Assembly (NCBI GenBank): GCA_045837725.1
Contig: JBEWZL010000235.1
Location: 248,001-312,000, forward strand
Source of the DNA: Vermamoeba vermiformis
Lineage: Eukaryota
Direction: 5' to 3'
Length of the DNA: 64,000 nt
The notes under the pieces were generated by a model. That model did not search any database. It was not told the origin of the DNA and was given only the letters and a program-made list of their open reading frames with translations. The translations under genes were made by a program, and so were the position numbers. Positions 51,514 to 63,961 of the stretch are shown piece after piece. Position 1 is the stretch's first letter, and each line of letters begins with the position of its first letter.

Positions 51514-54235
51514 TTATTTTTTCGCCGTGAATACGCGCACTATCTTTGGTTGACCACCAGGTGAGCCAGGCATAAATTGTGGCGGAGGTCTCTTTGGCAT
51601 GACAGAACTAAAAATTTGATTTTTCAGAATCCAAACCCGAACCCTCGACAAAAAAAAAATGGTACTTACATCTTGACTGTTCCAGGACTGTTCGGTGCTG
51701 AAATCGATTGAGGACTTGACGGCAATGAACTGGATCCTTGTGCGGTGTTGTTTTGATTTTGAGCGGATCTCGGACTGACTGCGCCATCTCTCGGACTAAT
51801 TTGTTCGACGAGCTCTTGTGCTGGCAACGACTGCGAAGTTGGCTAATTAAATAAGGAATTAGTATTACACCTCAATAATAATATATAGCCTTATTTAACT
51901 TACTCGCTTTGGTTTGGCAATTTGAACTTTGGGTGAGGAAATTAATTTTGGCGAGTCAGGCATTGGCGGCAACGATTGCGATGAAGCCATAGGACTCGTG
52001 CCCAATAAATTGGACTTGGCTTGCGCGCCGCTTCTTTCACCTGACACCCAGCCCGGACTCGATGGCTTACGAGCCTCTGTCACTTCTGTAATATTGGTCG
52101 TTAGTCAATGCGAAACATTACGTCACATCGATCATTCTTACGATCATTAGACTCGGTTAACTCTTCACGCGGATTTGTGCCAAAAGATGACGAGCCGAAA
52201 CTATTTGACCCTTGTCTGGCATGTTGGGCCTTGGAAACAGCTGCAAATATCACGTGAGTAAGTTAATATCTTGGTTCACTGAACGGTGACATTTCACACT
52301 TACGGCCCATCTTTCTCGCTCGCTGCACAGCTTGCAATTGATAGTCTCTAAGCACTGCTTTGATCTTCTCGACCCACTTCTTTTTGATCTCCAAAGACTC
52401 GACACAGATCATCGCGGTGTTGTCAGCCGAGTTTTTGTTGCGCACTTCAAACGCGTTTTTGAGGCCCTCCATGTCGGCCATATCAACCACACTCAAGTTT
52501 TTAATGTCAAATCGCTTCTTCAAGACGTATCGATCTTTCTTGCCCTTGGCCGCACAAATGATAAACATGTCGTTGAATAGCCACGCGTGTCGGGGCTTTT
52601 TGTCCTTTTTGATCACCATTTCGATGTCTCCTTCCATCAAAAACTTTCTGTGCGGCGCGGCCAAATTCAACTCTTCGTCCTACCCAACAAAAACATGTTA
52701 AAATCTCAGCCCTATATTCATTTTATAAAGCCATATTTGGGAAATATTATGTAACCGTCGGCCTTAGTATATATCTATTATATGGACGTACCTCGGTGTC
52801 TATGCAGTTAGCAATGTCCATCAACTTTTGCATGTCACGTGCTTGTGCGCCTTCAGCCGCCTTTTGATTCTCGTTAACTTTCTCAGCAATGCCGTCAATT
52901 TTATGTTTTGCAGCTGTTAAAGTACGCCAATCTTCCATTGACTCATCTGTATCGCGAATAAGGTCCTGCAAAAAATTTAGTACGTTGGATCTTGATCCGT
53001 GAAAAAAATGTTAGTATCTATTGTGTACCTTTAATAATAAGGGATATTTGCATATTCGCTGCACGGGTTTGATTAAGAAGCTAAACAAAGGTAAATTTCG
53101 ACAGCGTGGGTTTTGGTCGCAACTCTCCAAAAATGCAACAAATTCTTGATTCTCTTTCAGGCCTTCGTACAACGACAGCGCATTTTGTTGATTGGCGCAA
53201 TATTCTTCGTATACTTTAAATTGTTCGGCCTAAAAGGATCAATCATTAATAGAACCAAAAAAGTCAGATAGATCTGGCATGCCGAAAAAAGATTCTGCGG
53301 TATAATAATTGATATAGCCTAGTCAAACAATGTAATATCTAATCGGTGTTATTATGACGTATATTATTGCTCCGATTATTATTGGCAATTTACCTACGCA
53401 ATCAAATTTCTATAATTAACGCTTGTACGTACCATCTCGAGGAAGATTTCGCCTAAATTAACTTGCATATAATCGCCACTGCACCGTCGTACTGTTTCTT
53501 CGAATAAAGCAAGCATTTTTCGGTTGACTTCGAGAATGGATGGCAGATTTGAAAATAATCCCATAATCTCTTGATTTGAAATAATTCCATTTTGTTTTAG
53601 TGGTAATAAGAACTCCTATAATAATTATTTTTGCCATTAGTTTCTGTTCGATCGAGCAAAAACAAAACAAAATCATCATACAATTTCGCTTCAATTAAAC
53701 TGCTTTTACATTTCTTAAATTGATTATGCTATCGCATAGTATTGACGCATTTATAGGATAGAAATTTTAGATATTGAAGACTGATGAAATTACGTACCGA
53801 AATTATTAATTCAAGATCAGCAATGTAACTTCGTTCTGTAAGCACAATTTCTTCAATTCGTTTAGCTCTATTAGGCAAATCTGAATATGTTCCATTTTCT
53901 AACGAAGAAGTACGACTTCGGTGCATTAAAGGCGAGCTAATGCTATGAGGACTGCTACCCGCAGTAAATCCAGTTAGATCCGGGTATGAATCGCTCGAAA
54001 CGAGCTCTAAAGCACCAGGCAATCTAACTGCTGTTTGTCCTGAGAATGATTCGAATTGCTTGCGCAGATCCATAAGAGCCGTTTTCAGATTCTGAACGTC
54101 GCTGATCAGCTCGTCAATTTGCTCTTGCTGATTACGTATAGTCTATATTTATAATTAATACTTATTTTCCCATTATTAATTAGTCCTTACTTCATTTTGC
54201 TTCTGAATAACGTGCTTTAAATCCGCTTCGCTCAT
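51514..54235 (-). CDS. Dbl-family RhoGEF (coiled coil, DH-PH, Pro/Ser-rich tail)
   Basis: IEEIVLTERSYIADLELII, YEEYCANQQNA, LPLFSFLIKPVQRICKYPLLL, and a PH domain (RKFLMEG...PRHAWLFNDMFIIC...KKKWVEKI). Stop at 51514. Confidence 0.9.
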
Positions 54236-54680
54236 TGCAGTGCGGCTGATTAACAAGTTCTTCTTCACAAATATAACCTATTACTGGCTAATACTTCAGT
54301 AATAGTTGTTTCCTGTTGTTAAATTATTCGTCAAATGAATTTGTACGCCTACTTTTTTTGTACCAGTTAATTAAACGGAATTCCTAATTAGGCCTCGATT
54401 CGTTCGGCATAATAGAAATCCTGAACCACCTTAAACAAATTATTTGTATGAGTAGAGCTGATAAGTTACGTAGAGGAGATTTTGTTTCTGTTACATAAAT
54501 CCGGTTGAGTTTATTATTTATGCAGCAGTTACAATGATATAGACACTCGCCTAACTAGCGATTACCTGTTTAATTGCTTTTTTTTTATAAAATACTAGAA
54601 TTACTAACTATAAATACTCTTTGCAAAAGTACATCCGAACGCGCTTAACGTTCGATCTGCGGCGCAAATATTAGAGCTCT

Positions 54681-56796
54681 TTAGCTCTTATACTTGGCAC
54701 GCTTATCGACGTAGTTCTTCATTTGTCCTCTGAACGATTGGATTCGCTCCAGTGATCGTTGAGGAGCAGCGTTGGTCGAGATCCAAGGGTGCGATAATGA
54801 CTCTTCGCAGGTCGGTCTCTTGCTGGGATCCAAGATCAAAATCTTCTTGACAAAGTCCTTGGCCTCAGGTGAGATCGTGTCCCAATCAGGGCTTGGGAAA
54901 TCGAATTCTGCCTTCATAATCTTTTCGAAAATTTGTTGATCTGTGTTGCCGTAGAATGGAGGGAAACCGCACAACCTATAGAACATTACCATATTAGGAA
55001 ATGCATGCGTACCGTGCATCACCCTCGTATAGTACTTACAAAATATAAGTAATCACACCAATAGACCAAATATCAACGGAGTTGTCGTATGGCATGCCTT
55101 TGAGCACTTCAGGGGCTGTAGAAATAATACCACAGCATTAGTATTGATTACTATATACGTCCATATGTAGTACTCGACACCTACCAACATAATCAGGAGT
55201 ACCGCAGCTTGTGCGCAGCGAGTCAGCACCAAAGTCCTTGGACAAACCAAAGTCCGTCACCTTGATAATGTCTTTGTTGGGGCCAGAGCACAACAAGTTC
55301 TCGGGCTAATAATAATACGACGGTTAATATCATGCTTAAAATAGGCGTAATAACTGGTTTGTATTGCTAGTCTGAATTATTTCTCCGTTGATCCGTTAAT
55401 TTAATGTTCTCGAATGTTTACGGGATCTTACCTTCAAGTCACGGTGAGCAATACCGTTATTGTGCATATAAGCAACAGCATCGAGGATCTGTCGCACGAT
55501 GGCGGCAGCATCGGCCTCAGAGTATGAACCACGATTGACGATCTGATCGAACAATTCTCCACCGGTCACCAATTCCAAGACCAAATAGATGTGCGTGGAC
55601 TCGTCAAAGACGTCAATCAATGCAATAATGTTCTTGTGCTTCAACTTGCGCATAATATCGATTTCTCGTTGCAACAAATTGAGTTCTTCGCCCTTGGCTT
55701 GATTCTTTTCAATGATCTTGATGGCCACTTTCTCGCCGTTCTCTTTGTTAATACCCTCGCGCACCACAGAGAAGCCACCACGTCCTAACTCTTTGCCAAA
55801 CTCGTACAAGTCCTTCACGTTGCGTCCCTTGTCGCCACCTTCCGAGATTTGGGAGTGCGAAAGAGGTTTTTCGTGGTGACCGTCGTCTTTGTGTTCTGAA
55901 ACAACAACCTGGAGAATATATTATTATAAATACGCGTGGAGAATATTTCATGAAAATAACAAAATTATGAGCATATTATTATTCAGCAAATGTTGGAAAG
56001 ATTTATCGCTAGATCGAATGCCGTTAGCTTACCTTGCTTGTTGCCTTGCCCGAAGGGAAGTGCAACTTAACGCGAATCTCACCAGGGGGTTGTCCTTGAG
56101 CTTTTTTCTTTGGTTCGTTTTCAAGTTTATACCATTCGTCGATCACCTCGCCGGTTTCAGCTTTTTTGACCGGGATGGCGACCTCACCGAGGAAATCATC
56201 CGAAATCCAACGATCCTTGTCCCATACTTTGATCATAACGTGGCCGGTAGGCTTTGAAGTATAGCTAAAAACGGCCAATCAGCAAATTGAAGGCACAAAA
56301 AAAATTAATATTTAAAAATGAAAGCAAAATAATATTTCGGTGCTAGTCGTCTGTAAATGTAGATCGATGCCGGTAATATTCATATTATCAGTTTGGGTAA
56401 TAAACGCCTTACAACTCGAAGTCTTGGTTCCATTCAGGATTCAAAGTTTTCTTGATGACTTTCGTTTTGAATTGTTGCTTATTAAAGTTGCACTTAACCA
56501 CTGCGTAAGGATCAGAAGTTCCTATTAAAAAATAATACAATTAATCTCGCAGTAAAAATAAAATGCTTCGAGAATAAATCTGAGATGCCGTTACTCACCT
56601 CCCTTATCCATAGCAGCCAAATTGCGGCCAGCGATCACTATAATATTATAATACGTTAGATACTTATATTTTCCATTACATAGGGGTTCTTGAATCGTCC
56701 GCTACTCCGGCATTCGCACTTACTGGATACATAGAGAGTACCAGCATCCTTGTCAGCTGTCTTATGCTTATCCTTCTTATCTTTTTTGTTGCTCAT
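54681..56796 (-). CDS. C2-domain CaMK-group Ser/Thr kinase
   Basis: C2 domain ([45 protein letters not shown]), then a kinase domain ([43 protein letters not shown]). Confidence 0.92.
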
Positions 56797-57148
56797 GGTC
56801 GATTGTGTTAACTGATCTGTGGGGCTGTTCGAAATAAACCTCCAACAGAATTTTAGCCACGCGTGCATCCATTAACCGGCGGAAGCACAAGGTACTAATC
56901 CCAGCTGATCATGCTAAGAACTGAAGTGTAGAAATCTTGATGCATCATGTAACCAGAGTTCGTACCAAGGCATTACCGATTGAATAGGGATCGAGTCGCG
57001 CGTAGAAAGAAAGTTTTTTTTTATTATCGAGTAATAATCAAACTTCAACAAAAATACATTGCGGCGTTACTTGGGTTATTTGGCTATTTATTAAAGATTT
57101 GTTATCTAAAACGGCTATCATCGCCCTAGACAAGCAGACGCATCTCGT

Positions 57149-59980
57149 TTACTGCTTGTTGGACATGAAATAGTAAAGAACAAGAGCTAAAATGGCAGCA
57201 GCCGCTCCAATGGCGAGTTGTTTGGGGTTATCTAATAATTCTAAGAGAAAAGCTCGTTAGTCCCGCGTCTTTACAAACGATCCACAAAAAATAATGTAAA
57301 ATTACGTAAATCATCAATAATACTTACCTTGCAATTGTTGAGGTAGTCCACCCTTGGCAGCTTTTTTACCGGTGAGTTTCTTGAGTTTGGTTTCAGTGTC
57401 CTTGTCGAGTTTAGCAGGAGCAGCAGGCTTCCTTGTAGGCTCGGTAGGTTGTTTCTTGGGTTTCTTCTCTTTAGGGGGTTGAGGAGCAGGGGTAGGCTCG
57501 ACGACGGTGACCTTCTTTTCTTTCTTTTCTTTGGGGGGTTGCGGTTGCTTTTCCTTCTTTTCTTTAGGTTGTTGTTTCTCCTTAGGAGGCTGTTGTTTAG
57601 TCTCCTTGGGCTGTTGCTTAGTCTCCTTAGGTTGTTGAGGTTGAGTGGCTTGTTTCTTAGCAGCGGCAGGAGCGGGAGTAGTAGTAGGTTGAGGAGCGGA
57701 TGTGACGGGTTTGGGAGCCTCGACTTGCTTAGGCTTGTCTTGTTGCTTGGGCTTAGGCTTGGGCTTGGCAGCAGCAGGCTTCTCAGCGGGTTCTTGCAAC
57801 ATCTTTTCGACGTCCTTCTCGCTCTTGTTGACAATAATGTCAAAGAAGTTCTTGTCAGTGAACGACTTGGCAGCGCTGTTGGCGGCAGGGGCGGGAGTGG
57901 GGGCAGCGGGCTTGGCCTCCTTGGGCTTGGCGGCCTCAGGCTTGCCCTCTTGCGAGTCGCGGCTCTCGTTCAAGGCCTCACGCTTGCGTTGAGCTCTCAC
58001 GTTTCTGGGGTCCTCAGCAAAGTCATCGGGACTGGTCTCCTTGGGAGCGGCCTTGGGAGTGACCTTCTTAGTGACTTGTTCGGCTTGAGCGGGTTGCTCC
58101 TTCTTGTTCTTCTTATTCTTCTTAGTGTCCTTCTTCTCAGCAGGCTCAGCAGCAGCACCGTTCTCGGGGGCAGCGGCAACAACAGGGGCGGGTTCGGGCT
58201 CAGGTTCAGACTCGTCTTGAGCAGGGAAGTATTCCTTGACGGCAGGGATGTTGATGAAAGTGTGCATGTCCTTGTATTCGGCCTTGATGCGAGTAGCGAC
58301 CTTCTTTTTCTTCTCCTCAGCACCCTTGATACGCTCAGCCAATTGAGTGTAAGCAGTGGTGCTCTTGGTGAACCAGGAGCGAGTCTCGTTCAAAGCGGCA
58401 TCGAGTGCCTTCTTGTTGAACTTTTCGCGCAAAGTCTTGAGGTTGTCCTTGAAGGCGGCTTGATCGGGGAATCTCTTCTCGCGGGCAGCAATAGTCTCGT
58501 CGAGTTTGTCGAAAACTTTGGAAAGGTTGAGGCCTTGTTGGTAAACACCAGCAGCAAAGTCCTCGAATGTGAAATAGACTGCGGGCTTATCGCCAGGCAA
58601 AATAGCCTTCAAAATACGACCAGCACGGCCCAATCGTTGCAATGTGATTTCTTCTTTGTCATTTACAGGGAGTTGCACGCGTTGTTTGTCTTTGAACATA
58701 TCGGCAACGGCTTCGAGCCATCTAAAATTATATTGTTAATATTGCTATTTTTAGCCATAATTTTTAGGTTCGTTTCGAGATCCAGTGAACAGTCCACAAA
58801 AAAATGCGAAAAATTCGAAATAAATTTCTCTGTGGTCCTAATAACCCGTATATGTTATTACTTACTTGCTGACGTAGCCTAATTGGGTGCATTCGATGCC
58901 CAAAGGAGTGCTTTGGTTCTGACCCTTCTGATAAAATCTGAAACCTCCGTTAAGCTTCAAAGCCTTTCCTTGCTTGTCAACTTCGCTCAACAAACGATCG
59001 GCCAACGTCTTAAGACGAGCTTCGCGCTAATAAAATTAAAGAAATTAATAATTTGGTCGCACGTGTAACGGCTTAAAAAATATCTTCTTAGTTGAGCCGC
59101 GAGAAGCGCCCAACGTAAAGCAAGTATGCAAACAATTCGCTTAGTGTAATTATCGCGCACTGCACAAACAGTAATAATGAGGAAAAGTTGGACGAACGTG
59201 TCAGATACGCATCAAAAAAAATATTTTATCGTGGCAATTTGATGGCGCAGTAAATTGATAGTTGATCAGCAATTTGAAGTAGAGTAATTTTCGTATCAAC
59301 GTAAAAATTGAATGGTGGAATTATACCGCAAGTTCAGCTTATTTTGCTAATCTAGGATTAAAACAACCAAATTACCTGAAGCAGCTCCTTGACGGTAGTA
59401 TAACGGCCTTCGCTCTGTTCGTCATTATTCTCATTTTCGTTACCGGCTTGATCGTCAGTTTGTTCCTCTCCGTTTTTGTCATCAGCTTGATCTTTGTTCT
59501 GTTGTGGGATCTGAACTGCAATGCGCACACTCAACGGTGTGAGGCTGAGGTTCTTTAATTTGAACTTATTCCAGACTTGAGAGCTGCCAAACTAAAAGTT
59601 TTTCAGTTTTTTTAAAAATTGAATAATAAAAATCAGTATAAAAATCAACGCTACCAGGAGTAATAATCCGTGGTGATTTCGTCATAATAAATACTTACGA
59701 CAATGTTGCCAAAATGGTTAGTGCTAGCGAGCATGCTGACAGTCTCGGGGCCAAGATGGGCAATAAGATCTTTAATAAAGTTGCTTGGCAACAAGCTGAA
59801 GTATGAGGGAGGTAACGAATCCTTATCAATATTTCTTTTCACCACGGGAGAGGCGGGCTGATTCTGTTGAGGAGCAGGTTGTTGCGCGACTCGATTCACC
59901 TCTTTGGGTTTTTGGATGACCGGTCGAGGCAAAGCATCGCCAGAGCCTGCTAATTTCTTTACAGCAGCAGCATAATCCAT
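57149..59980 (-). CDS. Tail-anchored protein with an F-box-like N-terminal motif and a long K/P/Q/E/A low-complexity region
   Basis: FSLLPSNFIKDLIAHLGPETVSMLAST..FGNIVFGSSQVWNK is F-box-like. The long exon at ~57328-58721 has strong codon bias. The final exon reads LLDNPKQLAIGAAAAILALVLYYFMSNKQ, with the stop at 57149. Confidence 0.7.
57450..57640. repeat. Coding low-complexity repeats (QPKETKQ / QPPKEKK)
   Basis: Imperfect ~21-nt units such as tgttgtttagtctccttgggc and tgttgcttagtctccttaggt. Confidence 0.7.
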
Positions 59981-60327
59981 GTTGTATAGAATATATTAAT
60001 AAAGGAGCTCTAGGTACCTTGTATTGAAAATAAGATGAAAGAACGAGATAGAAAGTTGCTCGTTGATTTTTTTGTCGAGTCAGTGGTCAACGTTTGGTCA
60101 AAAATGTGTTTCTAAATGTTACTTTGCGGGTCATTGGCATCCTCCGCGACAATTTGAACACTACGTCTTATGATTGAAAACGAATTGCTGTTTTCTTGCC
60201 TAAAGCGGAAATTTTCGGATTTTGTATCCGGATTGCTAAATTTAACTTTAGCGCTAACACTCGTAACATTTGGTGTATAAAATTTGATTAAATTCGATTA
60301 TTTTATTGCAATTAAAACTGGTAAGAT

Positions 60328-63300
60328 CTATTTTGTTTTTTGTCGTTGACGCCACAGCACGTACAGCCCTCCAGCTATTAGCGATATGCCAAGCGTTGCA
60401 GCAAAGCCATACAGAGCTACTGTTTTAGTTTTGGTTTGACGTCTGAGCTTGGTTCTTTTTGCGGATGTCAACGGTGCGCGTGCTTGCTGTGTTCGGATCA
60501 CCTTGCCCGGCTTCTTCGTGTGAGGCGATGAAGTCGCATTTATGAACGGCAAATATCCATCGGTACTTGGAGGAGTGTATTTGAACGGTTCCTGGCCAAT
60601 GTTGAGGTGTACATGCTGAGCTTCGGCCAACGAGATCGCAGGGAAGAATCCCTCTTGAGCTTGAATATTCTCGAATGCTACACCGCACGATCTGCCGTTC
60701 ACAGAAAACATGATTTTTCCTCTTGGCGAGTCTAAGTCTACGAAGCAGCCAATGATGTCGCCAACTTTCCATTTGGGTCCGTAAGGTTTCGATCCACCGT
60801 GACACGCGGTCTGCACGCTTAGATCTATGGCGTAGGAGAAGTCGTCTTCGGCATAGCCAGTGCGCACGAACATACTGCGAGGGTAAATAAGTACAGGCAT
60901 ATAATTGGAGAGATACTACGTACCCGTATCTGTCAATAGTGTTCGAGCTAGCCCAGCCAATTTCCATGGATCCAGCGGTCTTCAACGCGACTTCATAGTA
61001 CCACTTGCCTATTATTAACGGTAAGACTGGCGGTCTTATTAACACGAAATTTAGTATCGTACCTTTGGTTACACCTAACGGCAAGAAGACAGTGCCATAA
61101 TGGCCTCGCACACTGTATCCATCTTCGGAGATCTGGGTCATCACGGTACTGTAATCCTCAGTGAATGTTAAATCTCCGCTACGCTTAGGAGAGCCTACAA
61201 TAAAACTTAGTACTATTCCTAACTTTTCATGCCTAATCAATGAAATGTACCTTCAATGCGGTCGTGTGCCCAGGTTAATGCAAACTTGGCAGGTTCATCG
61301 CGCAGTTGGTTTGCGGCAACAATTTCAGCAATCATATTAGAAGCATCGTCAACAGGGATGAGACTACGGTACTGCGGGTCTGCCGCCAAATAGCCAATCA
61401 AATCGACTAAGTGAACAACGACCTTGTCACGTTTTGACGCGACTGCTTGGCTGATGACTTTGGGGATGAGCAGCTCCAAAAATTGTTCGGCTTCGGTCGT
61501 TGGGGCTCGGATTACCACTAAATATAGTCAGCTTTAGTTACCGTCATAAATTCGGACTGTGCTACTTACGGTTAAAGATGATGTACTTGACTAATAAATA
61601 AAGACCCATCTTATTGCCGGTTCGCAGTGCGTTGGTGAATGAGTCCACGATGACCTCGCCGTGACCCTTCTCAATCAACAGCGCAAAGGCCAGCACGAGA
61701 ATGTTGTAATATTCCGCGTAGCCGACGGCAAGCTGTACGGTTAGTTAGAACTCGTTTAGACTAGATCAGCTTTTTATACTTACGAGCATTGCGTTTTCAA
61801 TCCATTCTTCGGCGTATTTGTTGATCTCCTCGTCAAATTCCTCTGCGTAAAAGGTAAGTAAATGAATTTCAATTTAGATCCGGCGGATCAAATCCAACGT
61901 ACCGTGTTCAAGCATTACGACATAGCCGTCAATAACTTCGCTGACAAGTTTGGCGCTGAAATCGAGCTTCAGAATATCACCCATTAACGAGGTCAAAGTT
62001 CCAACACCGTCTTTCTCAATGATCAAGCTGTGGTATTTTGGATCTAACAGAAACATTATTAACACAAAAAAAATAAATAAATTGACGACAGAATATACAT
62101 ACTGTACGACACAAGGTATGCAATGGCTGCGTGGAAGAACGAGAGCGGAATTTCTCTTGCAGTGTCTAAGAACTTCTCAATCAAGGGCTCGCGACCGTCT
62201 TCGAACAACAAATCTGCCAGGCTCGGTTAGTCTAAGTGATATATTATATGATAGTATCGATTAACACGTACTGATCATTTGAGTCCTTGAATGAGCATAA
62301 GCGACCAACGTAAATCCAGCTTCACGAATTCCAAGCAACTGCACATGGCTGGGTTAGCACGGAGTTTTATCAGTATAGCAATCATTGGACTTACTTCAGA
62401 GGACATCAAGTCAGACATGGTGCTGAACACTTCTTCAGACATGATTTGTACAATGTTTTCTATATATGTAAGGTTAGCATGGTGGCGTCAAGTGACGGAT
62501 CTGCAGTATTACTCACCGTGAATCATGCAGCGATAGAACAAGTTAGCGGCGCTGTATTGTACATCGGTATATTCGTGTTTAGTATACTGAACGAATATTT
62601 GATCGACACCTTCGTTGATAAGCAGATCTTGGATGTCGGCGGCTACGAACATTTTCATCAGCAATCAGTCTTATTAATATGCTATTGATATAAGCTAGGT
62701 ACTTACATAATCTTGACAAGGTCGTTAAAAATCTTAATAAAGTGCCAGTCAACAAAGGATCAGTTTCTCGTCGAAGTAACTCAAGCGATCTCGGCGCGAA
62801 GAATTCTCGCTCCAAAATATCAGTCTTGTATTTTTCTATTATTCAATATTAGCATGATATAAATACAGCAATTAATAACAGTATTACCGTCATTGGCAAA
62901 GTCCAAAAGAGTTCCGACAGCCATGTGCCAAGCAGCGGGCTCGACGTAATCAGCATTGAAGATAAAACCTAGCGCGTTGATAGAATCCGGATAGTCCATG
63001 ATCATAGCTCTAAGGTCCTCTATAATAAATTAAAATTAAATTAATAGCCAGAAAGGATGTCGATGCTATTTGCTTCTTTGGACTTAAGTCTTACCAGAAT
63101 TTGAGGCGCAGAAAAAGCTCGAAGCCACCCATTTAAGTACTTCAGGGTCATGTTCATGAGTCAGTACCATCGTAATCATATCATCAAAGCTCGTAACAGC
63201 TGCTGATCCACCGACTGAGACTTGAGGCATAACTTTATTCGAATATGAGATTAATATTATGCTTATAAAAGAACTCATCGTTATTTACGTACCGTATTGT

Positions 63301-63961
63301 TTCTTCAACATGCCGCTACATTATAACAAAAAAATATTAGTAATTGATCCGGAGTTACAGATTCAAGTGTACTTTGGGTTATAATACTTACGCAGGGTAT
63401 TGTCTATCATAATAACATTCTAAGAATCCATGAGAACGCAAGAAGAGCCAAATAATCGATGCTTTAAACGCTCTGCCTTCGCGTTCGAGCAGTTGTCTGT
63501 AACCTTCAAGTGTCACTTTGCCATCGACTAAATATTGCGGATTTAATGCAGTAATTTCATTTTGGACTGCTTGGAAGTAACTGTCTTCATGGTCCGTGCC
63601 AAACAGATCATTCTAAGAAAAATAAAAAAGATCAGATCCACGAACAAAAAACTATTCTTAAAATAGCGTTGTTGTCTTACATAAAATTCCATGCATTCTG
63701 CTGCGTTTAACATATCGTCTCCGTCTTTATCGTAGTGGCGGAAAATCGTTGTCATGAAGTCGCGAACGTAAGGCAAAAACTAATTCGATAAATTAATAAC
63801 ATAGGAATAATAATAATAGGGATGGATAAGAGTATAAACTTACGCCGTTTTGACGAGATTGAATGGATACTAATGGATATAGCATGACTGAATCTGCGAC
63901 GTCGATAATTTCGTTGCATCCGCTAGGAGTTGTTGGCGAGCATATCATAGACCCCTCATAC
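60328..63961 (-). CDS. 5'-truncated protein: Miro-like EF-hand module + helical (ARM-like) region + SPRY domain + C-terminal TM
   Basis: In-frame spliced exons run from IFRHYDKDGDDMLNAAECMEF through helical exons to a SPRY domain (GKWYYEVALKTAGSMEIGWA, KWKVGDIIGCFVDL, MFSVNG, FFPAISL, LNIGQEPFKY). The C-terminus is VALYGFAATLGISLIAGGLYVLWRQRQKTK. Confidence 0.75.

Noticed and set aside
57449-58882. 477-aa plus-strand Leu/Gly-rich ORF
   Set aside because: It is the antisense shadow of the codon-biased K/P/Q-rich exon, has no domain features and starts at a non-ATG codon.
940-63961. Fragmented ORFs suggesting pseudogenes or a variant genetic code
   Set aside because: The interruptions I examined are explained by canonical spliceosomal introns, and TAA, TAG and TGA are all used as terminal stops.
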